Of a DNA stretch of 26,141 bases, positions 8,608 to 16,347 are shown in pieces (positions within the stretch are counted from its first letter, which is position 1; the number at the start of each line of letters is the position of its first letter). The DNA lies in assembly GCA_964412395.1 (NCBI GenBank), contig CAYPOY010000027.1, positions 1 to 26,141 on the forward strand, given 5' to 3'. The notes under the pieces were generated by a model. It did not search any database. It was not told the DNA's origin and saw only the letters and a list, made by a program, of their open reading frames with translations. A program made the translations under genes and the position numbers. The DNA comes from an uncultured Anaerolineales bacterium. GTDB taxonomy: Bacteria; Chloroflexota; Anaerolineae; B4-G1.

Positions 8608-10092
8608 CTACTCTGTGATGGCCTTGCGGATACCTAGCAGCGCCTGCAGGGTCTCTCCGGGCACCAGCCGTCCCAGCGTAGGCTGCTGTCTCATCAACTC
8701 ATCTAGAATTGACACGAGCAGGTTGAGGGCTACTTCGGGGCGGAGTTCCGTTCTTGCTGTGCTCAACTCTTCCAATTGGCGGCCCAGGTTCAGGATCAAG
8801 TCCGCTTGTGCCTCTGCTCGTGCGCGCTCTACCATGCGCAGCCATTCGGCCTGCCCCTCGGCCTGCTTGAGCATGATCTTGCGTGCCCAGTCCGCCTGCC
8901 AACTGCGCACCCGTTCTACGTACACCTGAGGGTCCGCCGGCTCCAGGTCGCTGATTCCCGCACCGATTAACTGAATACCCAGCGGCTCCAGTTCTGCCGC
9001 TACCTGCTCATAGAACCTTCCTGCGATGACTTTGCGCGGAGGCTTGCCGCCGGGCTGGTAAGGACCATACAAGTCGTCAAAATTATATTCGCTTATAATG
9101 TTCTGCAAAGTGCGCTTGGCAATCATGCGCGGCAGATCGTCCCACGAGCATTGCTTCTTTTCACCGCCCTCGTGCTCCATCTTCTGGGCGTGAATGGCCC
9201 TGAATGCAGCGCCTTTGTTGTAGGGCAGAGGCTCGCCCAGCCTCGACTGCCTGCCGCGTGCATCAATCTTGAACGGTGTGAAAGCCAGCACTCTGATCTT
9301 GATGCCATCCTTGGTCAGCGCCTCCACGTGAAAGGCGCGCAACTGCGGTCGGAGATCAATGGTTCGCACAATCTGGTCGCTGAACCCGGTGAAGATAACA
9401 CCTGGACCTTTCGCTCCTTTAAACTTGAGGCCGTCAGAGATCGCCACCGCGTGGTCGCAGCCAGTGAGGATGAAGCCGGGGCTTGTCGTAAGCCGACTAA
9501 ATGGATTGCCAGGCACTCGCTCCTCCACCTTATCTTCCTCGTGTAACTCGTCCACCACAACGTAGGCGGGGAAATTCACGTGCGATATATAATCCCGCAG
9601 GAAGCTGAAGACCTTGTCCCGATGGCCCTTACTGGGAAGTGGGAGCAGGAAGCCGCTCACGACATAGAGGCCCCGCAGAAAGACTGCGCCGCCTGCAACT
9701 AGAGATAATAGAAAGATCACGGCCCCCGCTATCGGAAGTGTACCCTCCCCCCGCACATGGCGAGCCAGGCCCGCGCCCCAGAGGATGGCGAGCATCAGCG
9801 TCACAACAACTGCGGCAGGCTTGAACTTGAGCCACAAGTAGAGCAGTAAACATACGCCGAGGCCCGCCAGCACCCAGCCGAACAGGGCCGCGAACAGTAT
9901 ATTGAGTACAGGCAAAAATTCGGTTAGGTTGAGTCGAGGTAGGAGTGTGGTTAGAGGGACGTGTAGCGCAAACAGTCCTATCAGAGCAAGCACTAGGAGT
10001 AGGGTGTAACAGCCAATCGGCCTGTGCAGGATACCGCCGATTGTCTCCCTTGAGTATTTAGCGAACCGTTCTTGTGGACTCTGTACTTCCAT
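8608..10092 (-). CDS. Multi-TM SPFH/band-7 (flotillin-like) domain protein, tandem paralog of 7227..8582
   Basis: 494 aa with about 4 N-terminal TM helices. SPFH-like core 'GPGVIFTGFSDQIVRTIDLRPQLRAFHVEALTKDGIKIRVLAFTPFKIDARG'. Coiled coil 'QADWARKIMLKQAEGQAEWLRMVERARAEAQADLILNL'. A 25-nt gap to the downstream gene suggests an operon. Confidence 0.7.
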   Translation of the reverse strand: MEVQSPQERFAKYSRETIGGILHRPIGCYTLLLVLALIGLFALHVPLTTLLPRLNLTEFLPVLNILFAALFGWVLAGLGVCLLLYLWLKFKPAAVVVTLMLAILWGAGLARHVRGEGTLPIAGAVIFLLSLVAGGAVFLRGLYVVSGFLLPLPSKGHRDKVFSFLRDYISHVNFPAYVVVDELHEEDKVEERVPGNPFSRLTTSPGFILTGCDHAVAISDGLKFKGAKGPGVIFTGFSDQIVRTIDLRPQLRAFHVEALTKDGIKIRVLAFTPFKIDARGRQSRLGEPLPYNKGAAFRAIHAQKMEHEGGEKKQCSWDDLPRMIAKRTLQNIISEYNFDDLYGPYQPGGKPPRKVIAGRFYEQVAAELEPLGIQLIGAGISDLEPADPQVYVERVRSWQADWARKIMLKQAEGQAEWLRMVERARAEAQADLILNLGRQLEELSTARTELRPEVALNLLVSILDELMRQQPTLGRLVPGETLQALLGIRKAITE

Positions 10093-10167
10093 AAAACGAC
10101 CTGTGGAGAAGGAACAACTTGGGCAAGATCGTGCGCTGTTTTGAAGGCTGAGATCACTGCGCGGTCC

Positions 10168-11217
10168 TTATTTCTTTTCCTCCTCCTTCATACGCCCCAC
10201 CTTGGTTATCCGGCTCCAGGGATCCGCTTCCACCTCATAAGTGGCGTAGATAGGGCGCTCTGTCCGCTCGCCTGTCAGACTTTCCTCCGTCTTGCTGCCC
10301 GCTCTTACGATTGCCTTGAGTCTGATCCCGCCATCGGCGGTTCGTTCCATCTCGTCCCATGTCCAACTTCTTGCCCCCTGTGTCGTCCCAGTGGGTGTCT
10401 TCGCGCCGCCGATCACTCTTGGCGTGATAGCTCTGTGTACAGCACGCCCTGCCTCGCGCTGCACGACCTTTACCAGCAGGTCTTCCCGCAGGAAAATTGG
10501 CTGCGGCAGCGCATCGTTCATTTTCTGCGCATAGGATAGGGCCGACAGAAGCGATGTTGCATAGGTAATAGAAATCATGAAAGTGACGTAGCTACCCATC
10601 AACATGAAAGGGAGAACCAGTCTGATTTTCTTGCGCAGGTCATCCATCTCATCTTGATCGGGTTGTCCTTCCTCGGTAGTTGTGTCATTCGTCGTTTCTT
10701 CCTGCTCCACCTGATCCAGATACGCCTGATCCATGAAGAACCACCGCGCCAATTTCCCCGGCATACTCGACGTGGTCATGCTGTACGCGACCACTACCAT
10801 CAGAAGTAGAGAGAGCCCAGGCAGCACAACTGCCCTCAACCGGATACCACCCAGCAATGCGCGGTGTCCCCGCTTGACTCGTTGCAGCAGTTCCTGCTCC
10901 CGTATGTCGTGGCGTGCGCCGTACGCTGCATGTGCAGCGACGAGGCACAGACATACGGTGACTACCACTGCCAGTAACCGAACGGCAAGGGTGATGCCCT
11001 CCCAGAACTCTATTCCTATCAAACCGCATGCTAGAGCAAAGCCGGTGAGGAGAAAAGGTAAAAAGGTCGGTTTATAGAACGCTAATAGACCCTCTATTCC
11101 CTCCTTCTCCTCATCCTGCGTCGCTCGCCAATCGTTCCAAAGGGTGTTGTCGGAACCACATCGATTGCATTTTTCCCCGGCCTTGTGGTACCCTTTGCAA
11201 ACGATGCATTCAGGCAT
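10168..11217 (-). CDS. Membrane protein with an N-terminal zinc-ribbon (CxxC..CxxC), about 5 TM helices and a C-terminal soluble domain of unknown function
   Basis: 349 aa. 'MPECIVCKGYHKAGEKCNRCGSDN' is a 4-Cys ribbon, followed by long hydrophobic segments. SD 'GGGAGGTAA' upstream of the ATG at 11217. First gene after a 430-bp non-coding gap. Confidence 0.6.
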   Translation of the reverse strand: MPECIVCKGYHKAGEKCNRCGSDNTLWNDWRATQDEEKEGIEGLLAFYKPTFLPFLLTGFALACGLIGIEFWEGITLAVRLLAVVVTVCLCLVAAHAAYGARHDIREQELLQRVKRGHRALLGGIRLRAVVLPGLSLLLMVVVAYSMTTSSMPGKLARWFFMDQAYLDQVEQEETTNDTTTEEGQPDQDEMDDLRKKIRLVLPFMLMGSYVTFMISITYATSLLSALSYAQKMNDALPQPIFLREDLLVKVVQREAGRAVHRAITPRVIGGAKTPTGTTQGARSWTWDEMERTADGGIRLKAIVRAGSKTEESLTGERTERPIYATYEVEADPWSRITKVGRMKEEEKK

Positions 11218-11269
11218 GCTCCATTACCTCCCGCCCATTTGGGTCATCCAGCCGCACACACCACCGCCT

Positions 11270-11312
11270 TAGAATATCACAGATTTATCCCAAACGCAAA
11301 TTCACGAAAAGC
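11270..11312 (-). promoter_or_regulatory. AT-rich patch in an otherwise GC-rich 430-bp intergenic region. Candidate promoter/UP region for the minus-strand membrane-module operon.
   Basis: 'agaatatcacagatttatcccaaacgcaaattcacgaaaa' stands out compositionally. No clean -35/-10 pair with 17-bp spacing could be assigned by eye. Confidence 0.25.
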
Positions 11313-11648
11313 GGTTGACCCAGGTGCCGACCACGCCGTCGCCAGCCGCTAGCTGGCTGGGCCGCTGCTACACCAACTTACTGTGTCCAGAGCAGAGCGG
11401 TCCGCTGGTAGATGTGTCTCTGTTACAGGCACACTACCCGAACGGATCAGGCTGTATGAGGGCTGAGGTCAGTGGGGTGGCATCGGGTGTGCCAGGGGGC
11501 TTGGGCTGTGTGCTGGTGCGAGCAACCGGGTCACACCGGTGTCGTTTGAGGATGGAACTATCCTGAATCTCTGCGATGGCCAGATTGCCCTGCGCTAGAT
11601 CGAACAGCGCTTTGAGCAGTATGGGATGGCTCTGGTGGCAGTGTTGTA

Positions 11649-11960
11649 TCAGAGGGGATTGCTCAATCTGGAGTCTGCAGCCTGAGGCGATTGTAATTGG
11701 CGTAGGGGCCGGGCCAGATTTTTGACTTCCCGCAGTTCGGATATATCCTTCCTTGCCTCTAGCCATACGCGGAGCCACGGGGCCAGCAGCGCCAAACTGG
11801 CTGGGAGTAGCGTCACGCCTGCAAGATACAGCAGCTGTGGGTCGGGCCCGATGACGTTAAAGAGCCAGACTATCCCACTGGCGGGTAGCAGCAGCCACAA
11901 CGCCGCCGCCATAGCAGTGTACTTCGGGGTTATAACGCATTTCGAGATTACCCGTTGCAT
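11649..11960 (-). CDS. Small (103-aa) two-TM membrane protein, divergent from the NTPase-wHTH gene. The start is corrected inward from the ORF-track 12020.
   Basis: The ATG at 11960 has a strong SD 'AAGGAGGT' 6 nt upstream. The ORF-track start at 12020 has none. Hydrophobic core 'AMAAALWLLLPASGIVWLFNVIG...LLYLAGVTLLPASLALLAPWLRVWL'. Confidence 0.4.
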   Translation of the reverse strand: MQRVISKCVITPKYTAMAAALWLLLPASGIVWLFNVIGPDPQLLYLAGVTLLPASLALLAPWLRVWLEARKDISELREVKNLARPLRQLQSPQAADSRLSNPL

Positions 11961-12078
11961 TTCTTGACCTCCTTGCTCTTGACTCAGGTTCCGGCCGGCG
12001 CTGCAACTGTGGTGTAACACGGCCAGGGATGCACCGACTTGCTACAATGCTATATTAACAGCGACCCATTTCAAACAC

Positions 12079-12114
12079 CGTGTCATGGAGCGTGTCAAAA
12101 AGCGTGTCAAAAAC
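12079..12114. promoter_or_regulatory. Three tandem 12-bp direct repeats CGTGTCA(t/a)(g/a)(g/a)a(g/c) in the divergent intergenic region. Candidate winged-helix (OmpR/PhoB-type) binding array.
   Basis: Read directly: cgtgtcatggag / cgtgtcaaaaag / cgtgtcaaaaac at 12079, 12091 and 12103. The GTGTCA cores have exact 12-bp periodicity. The half-site resembles the Pho-box CTGTCA. The array lies about 90-125 bp upstream of a sigma70-like promoter for the NTPase-wHTH gene and about 120 bp upstream of the divergent small-protein start. Confidence 0.5.
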
Positions 12115-12205
12115 AGGTCCCCCACCACGCCATCCCTCGGCTCCACGCACTGAACTTGAAGAGTATCCCAACCTTATCCCGAGTGCAGATGCGCCAAAAT
12201 GGGAT

Positions 12206-12234
12206 TTGCAGCCCCTGACCGCCGATGCTATAAT
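12206..12234 (+). promoter_or_regulatory. Candidate sigma70-type promoter (TTGCAG - 17 bp - TATAAT) for the NTPase-wHTH gene
   Basis: Perfect -10 TATAAT at 12229-12234 and a weak -35 TTGCAG at 12206-12211 with a 17-bp spacer. About 40 nt upstream of the ATG at 12277. Confidence 0.35.
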
Positions 12235-12276
12235 ACCTTTGACCGCCTGTTCTGCAACCTGCCTTTTGGAGCAGCC

Positions 12277-13833
12277 ATGCCTCCGCGAACACCGGATGAA
12301 CGACAACCTAACGCCACATCCTCAGAGCCCTGGTGGAAGCACCATGGTTTCACGGAGAATCCTTTCGCGCTGCGGGAGGCCGGACGGGAAACCCGGTTGT
12401 CAGAGTACTTCGTGCACGGGCCGGATTACGACGCAGTAAAGGGATCTCCCGACGATCCCCAAACGACCATCGTTTTCGCTGCCCGTGGCTGCGGCAAGAG
12501 CGCCTACCGCCGGATGATCCAGACCTCTTGCCGGCCAGACGACGAAGAGAGTACCATCCTGGCCGTTCCTCACACGGAGTTCTCGGATGTTTTGAATGCT
12601 GCAGGCAACCCTGTGGACGTTGCCCTGGAGATGCACATTGAGGCGCTCCTGTGCTCAGCGGCTACTACGTTGCTACAGGAATTCCTACGTCGCCCCACCT
12701 CGTTCGATCACCTGTCGCTTGAAGGCCGTGCGTTCTTCAAGTGGTTCATTCACACCTATGCCCCCCGCACCCTACGTCCTCTCAATTTGATCGAGGAACT
12801 GAGGGCTACGGAGGAGTTCCCGGAGATTGAGGAGCGGACGATGCGGGATGCCACGCGCTCACACGAGTGGTTCCTGGAGTGGCTTGAACGTCCCCCGATG
12901 GACAGGAACACTCAAGCCCGTTTGCTCCTGACACTCTTGCGCACCCAATCTGTCTCTCCACCTGAGAAGACGGCGCGAAGCCCAGTCGCACTGGTACGAG
13001 AGTTCGTGGACCTGGCGCGCCAGAGCGGGCTCCAGGCACTCTATTTTCTCATTGATGGCCTCGATGAACTGAGGATGACCGCCTCTGACCCGGCCGCAGT
13101 CGCTGGCCTGGTGGCCCCGTTGCTGGCGGAACTTCCCCTGATGGAACTCCCGCACACCGCCTTCAAGTTCTTCCTGCCTGCTGAGGCAACGACGGCCCTG
13201 CACATGCGGCGTGATAGCCGGCTGGATCGCTTCCCCATCTACCATCTCACCTGGAGGGACACCGACCTGGAGCAGATGCTCCAGCTGCGGCTGAGGGCCT
13301 TCAACGAGCGCGGAATAGGCGACCTAGGAGCCATCTCGGAGGAGGATATCGCGAGCCGTGTTGACCGGGACCTGGTCGAGATGGCTTATGGCTCTCCCCG
13401 CCGGCTGCTGATGCTGGGAGACGCGCTGTTTGCGGCTCACGCCGCCCGGTCGGGGGCCGGGCTGCTACTGAACCAGCAGGATTGGGAAGAGGCTTGCCGG
13501 AACTTTGAGCGCATCTTCGGCCCGCTGGTGCCGCCGCTGCGCGTGGATCGGGAGATGGGCAAAGTCTTTATCGGCGATGAGGAACTTCCATCTCGCCTTT
13601 CCCCTATGGAATTTGGATTGCTCGAGTTCCTGTACCGGGCTGGGGGGGGGCTGTGCAGCCGTGACAAAATCTCCTATGACCTGCATGAGCGCCCTGAATA
13701 TGGCGTCATCAGCGATGAGGCGTTCGATTCCCTTGTCCTCCGCCTGCGCCGCAAGATCGAGCGCCATCCCAAGCGGCCCGCTTATCTGATCACCGAGCGG
13801 GGAATGGGCTACCGGCTGGAGAACATCGGTTGA
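12277..13833 (+). CDS. P-loop NTPase (Walker B 'LIDGLDE', NACHT/AAA-like) fused to a C-terminal OmpR/PhoB-type winged-helix DNA-binding domain. Putative ATP-dependent transcriptional regulator.
   Basis: Start corrected to the ATG at 12277 ('MPPRTPDE...', GGAG 7 nt upstream). The ORF-track N-terminal extension has no SD. Walker A 'TIVFAARGCGKSAYRRM', Walker B 'ALYFLIDGLDELRM', 'KFFLPAE'. The C-terminal 'LSPMEFGLLEFLYRAGGGLCSRDKISYDLHE...FDSLVLRLRRKIERHPKRPAYLITERGMGYRL' is a classic Trans_reg_C (OmpR-family) wHTH. Homologous NTPase module to the next gene. Confidence 0.8.
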   Translation: MPPRTPDERQPNATSSEPWWKHHGFTENPFALREAGRETRLSEYFVHGPDYDAVKGSPDDPQTTIVFAARGCGKSAYRRMIQTSCRPDDEESTILAVPHTEFSDVLNAAGNPVDVALEMHIEALLCSAATTLLQEFLRRPTSFDHLSLEGRAFFKWFIHTYAPRTLRPLNLIEELRATEEFPEIEERTMRDATRSHEWFLEWLERPPMDRNTQARLLLTLLRTQSVSPPEKTARSPVALVREFVDLARQSGLQALYFLIDGLDELRMTASDPAAVAGLVAPLLAELPLMELPHTAFKFFLPAEATTALHMRRDSRLDRFPIYHLTWRDTDLEQMLQLRLRAFNERGIGDLGAISEEDIASRVDRDLVEMAYGSPRRLLMLGDALFAAHAARSGAGLLLNQQDWEEACRNFERIFGPLVPPLRVDREMGKVFIGDEELPSRLSPMEFGLLEFLYRAGGGLCSRDKISYDLHERPEYGVISDEAFDSLVLRLRRKIERHPKRPAYLITERGMGYRLENIG

Positions 13834-13846
13834 CCGGAGGAGGTGA

Positions 13847-16189
13847 ATGAGAATGCCCGATGCAGCCTCGACCGTGGATGCTTCCCCAAAACCTCCTTAC
13901 CGCCTGTCAGCAGGGCCGGGCATCCTGCTCATCGTCGCGACGTTAGTCGTGTGTGGCATCGGATACCTGTCATGGCAGATCCTCGTCGTCCCGTATCAGC
14001 AGGTCGAAGTCACTGATCCAATGCCACTTGGGCCCGTGGTTGATGGCTGCCAGCCCCGGATCCAGGTCGAGTATCCTGTCTGGCTGAGCTTGGACGATCA
14101 AGGTGTACAGCAGGCCAAGCGTATCGTGTTCACACTGGACTGTGACAGGCCGCTCACGCAGATTGTTCCCGTTACCTTTGAAATCACATCCAATCCATCT
14201 GGGTGGATACGCTTTTTCGACGCACAGGGGGAGGACATATCGCCTAACCTGGTGGCTGAGGTGCCCCCTGGTGGTCAGAGCCGCGTGTCCCTGTATCCGG
14301 AATGTCTGAATCGACCAATAACCCCGACTCGTCTGCTCACCCTTACCCTCACTCTGGCTTCTGCCTCAGTAACCGAACCGGCTGCCTCTTTCACCATTGA
14401 ACTGGAATCTTATGTACAAACGTTTCTGCGCCACGTAGTCAGCAGTGCACTAGGGCCGCTTTCGGCCGGGCAGCTGACCCTGCTGGGCTCGCTGGGTGCC
14501 TTCCTCTGGCACTGTTGGAAGACGTGGAACGAAAAACAGCGGGAATTCAGCAGCCTGTATGAGAAGATGCGCAAAAATAAGGGCGATCTTGCAGCCCTGC
14601 GTGAACTGTACTCCCGCTACCAGGGACTTCAGGGGGTCTTTCCTTTCAACATCATTAATCGGGATCCCCGTATTGAGAATCTGCTCTGCACTGTCGAGGC
14701 CGAGGAACGTGTGCGTTGTGTGGTTGAGAGCCTGGAGAAGAACGATTTTGAGACAGCGCGCGAGTGGGATTGCCGCTTGTTCGCATGTGACCGCACGCAC
14801 TGGGCCATTCCTGTGCTGGGGTGCCTCGTCAATCTGCTGGCTGATGACTCCGCCCCAGACCCCCAAAAGTGCCTGGAGCAACTGCGTAGGGGGTGGGACA
14901 AGGCCGAGCCCAGGTTGCGCTGTCATATGGTCAGGGCGCTCTCTCGCATCCCTCTCGCTGGGGCTCACAAGTTTCTGAGGGAGAAAGAGGGTGATCCAGA
15001 CCTGGGCGTGCGTATCGAGATCGCCTGGGCTTTCTCCAGAGTGAAGCGCCCTCCAGATTTGGATGAGCGCTTGCGGCGGCTTGTAACCGCATCGTTGGAC
15101 GAGTGGCTCCACACGCTGGGGGAGCCTCTGGAGGTTCGCGATCCGTTCGGAGAAGCCATTGCCGAAAGTGCTTACCTCGTCGCCGAACCTTTCATCTGGG
15201 AGCATCCCCTGTACGAGCAGTTGTACATACCGGTAGCAATGGCTGTGCTCGCTCCGGCCGGCGGCGGCAAGACCACGGCTCGTCTGGCGCTCCAGCGCCG
15301 TTTCTGGGGTACTACGGACGCTTTCATGCTGGAATACACTGATTTCCACCTTATGATTGGCCGCCCTTCTCGGATCGCGGCTCGCCATCACGCGGCGGCG
15401 ATCCTCCATTGTGCAGCACAGGCGGTATCGGGCCTTTTGCTGGATGATCCTCGAAGGCTGGCCTCTGTCCATGGTCACCGGGAACGACGGCTGATCCATA
15501 GTCTGCTGGTGAACCACCTTTCTGATCTCCACCTTGCTAGACAGTTGGATGTTACTTTGCAGGAGATCTTACCGTCGCCGGATGAAGAATGGCACAGCCT
15601 GCTGTCCGGGCGGCTGCCGGCCGAGGCTATGCGCGACCTGGTGACCATCGTGCGGGCACTCGGCTTCGGTGAACTATACCTCCTGGTGGACAGGCTGAAC
15701 AATATGCCAGAGACACGGGACCTAGCTGTGGCCGAGGCGCTGTTGTGCCACCTGCTGAACGACCCTGCTTTCTTGGACGTGCCGCACCTGCACCTCAAAC
15801 TGTTCCTGCCGACTGAGTGGGAAGAGTTCGTGGTCGGCTGTGGTGGCCTGCGCAGCGGGCGCGTGTACCTGCGACGATTGGAATGGGACGAAAAATCGCT
15901 CTCGAAGATACTCAGAGAGCGTCTCCAGGTCACCGGCGTGGAGAGCCTGAACCGTTTGGCTGTGGATAACATCTACCCGTCGGATCTGGACGCGGCATTG
16001 GCACGCGAGGCGCATGACTCGCCGCGCCGTCTGGTTGAACTGGGAGAGACCCTTTTGCGCCTGAGAGCGCTGGGCTGGGAAGAGGCTGACCGTGACCCAT
16101 CAAAAGCCCGCCTGCAAACTGAGGATTGGGCTGCGATGCTGGAGTATGGCCTGCGCAGAGCTGCCGAAAGAAAGGTTGCTGCCGGGTAA
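13847..16189 (+). CDS. Membrane-anchored protein with HEAT-like repeats and a C-terminal P-loop NTPase module paralogous to that of 12277..13833
   Basis: 780 aa. N-terminal TM 'GILLIVATLVVCGIGYLSWQILVV'. HEAT/PBS-lyase-like 'RCHMVRALSRIPLAGAHKFLREKEGDPDLGVRIEIAWAFSRVK'. Walker A 'VLAPAGGGKTTARL'. Walker-B region 'ELYLLVDRLNNMPETRDLAVAEALLCHLLNDPAFLDVPHLHLKLFLPTEW' aligns with 'ALYFLIDGLDELRMTASDPAAVAGLVAPLLAELPLMELPHTAFKFFLPAEA' of the upstream gene. Shared C-terminal 'SPRRL(V/L)xLGxxL' motif. SD GGAGGAGGTGA immediately upstream. The stop of the upstream gene is 14 nt before the start, which suggests an operon. Confidence 0.7.
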   Translation: MRMPDAASTVDASPKPPYRLSAGPGILLIVATLVVCGIGYLSWQILVVPYQQVEVTDPMPLGPVVDGCQPRIQVEYPVWLSLDDQGVQQAKRIVFTLDCDRPLTQIVPVTFEITSNPSGWIRFFDAQGEDISPNLVAEVPPGGQSRVSLYPECLNRPITPTRLLTLTLTLASASVTEPAASFTIELESYVQTFLRHVVSSALGPLSAGQLTLLGSLGAFLWHCWKTWNEKQREFSSLYEKMRKNKGDLAALRELYSRYQGLQGVFPFNIINRDPRIENLLCTVEAEERVRCVVESLEKNDFETAREWDCRLFACDRTHWAIPVLGCLVNLLADDSAPDPQKCLEQLRRGWDKAEPRLRCHMVRALSRIPLAGAHKFLREKEGDPDLGVRIEIAWAFSRVKRPPDLDERLRRLVTASLDEWLHTLGEPLEVRDPFGEAIAESAYLVAEPFIWEHPLYEQLYIPVAMAVLAPAGGGKTTARLALQRRFWGTTDAFMLEYTDFHLMIGRPSRIAARHHAAAILHCAAQAVSGLLLDDPRRLASVHGHRERRLIHSLLVNHLSDLHLARQLDVTLQEILPSPDEEWHSLLSGRLPAEAMRDLVTIVRALGFGELYLLVDRLNNMPETRDLAVAEALLCHLLNDPAFLDVPHLHLKLFLPTEWEEFVVGCGGLRSGRVYLRRLEWDEKSLSKILRERLQVTGVESLNRLAVDNIYPSDLDAALAREAHDSPRRLVELGETLLRLRALGWEEADRDPSKARLQTEDWAAMLEYGLRRAAERKVAAG

Positions 16190-16222
16190 ATGTAAGCTAG
16201 GCGCAAGCTAAATGCCAGGTGG

Positions 16223-16256
16223 CTGTCATACGGTTGTCAGTCTGCTATGATATAAT
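16223..16256 (+). promoter_or_regulatory. Pho-box-like direct repeat (CTGTCATA-cgg-TTGTCAg, 11-bp periodicity) positioned 10 bp upstream of a TATAAT -10 hexamer. An activator-dependent promoter architecture in front of the STAND genes.
   Basis: Read directly: ctgtcata at 16223-16230, ttgtca at 16234-16239 and tataat at 16251-16256 (also tatgat at 16246-16251). The layout, with a Pho box replacing the -35 and sitting 10 bp before the -10, is that of PhoB-dependent promoters. It shares the TGTCA half-site with the 12079-12114 repeats. Confidence 0.5.
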
Positions 16257-16347
16257 AATAAGGGGTTTAGTCAGGTCTGGCTTGATTGTAACTGGTGAGA
16301 TAGCAGGCAGGTCATTATGGGCGGAAATTCGTTAACTAGGAGAATCA

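Noticed and set aside
12040-12060. 'ttgctacaatgctatatt' as a promoter for the divergent genes
   Set aside because: The -35-like and -10-like hexamers are only 6 nt apart. No partner element at 16-18 bp spacing could be found, so it is not reported as a feature.
12079-12114. Possibility that the tandem repeats are a small CRISPR array
   Set aside because: There are only three 12-bp units with no spacers, and no cas genes. The periodicity fits a protein-binding direct-repeat array instead.
12199-12276. ORF-track N-terminal extension of the NTPase-wHTH gene (start at 12199)
   Set aside because: No SD precedes 12199. The ATG at 12277 has GGAG at the right distance, and the extension would overlap the candidate promoter (-10 at 12229).
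14450-15532. 360-aa ORF on the minus strand
   Set aside because: It lies entirely antisense inside the well-supported 13847..16189 CDS. It has Arg/Pro/Gln-rich composition typical of spurious antisense ORFs in high-GC DNA, and no SD.
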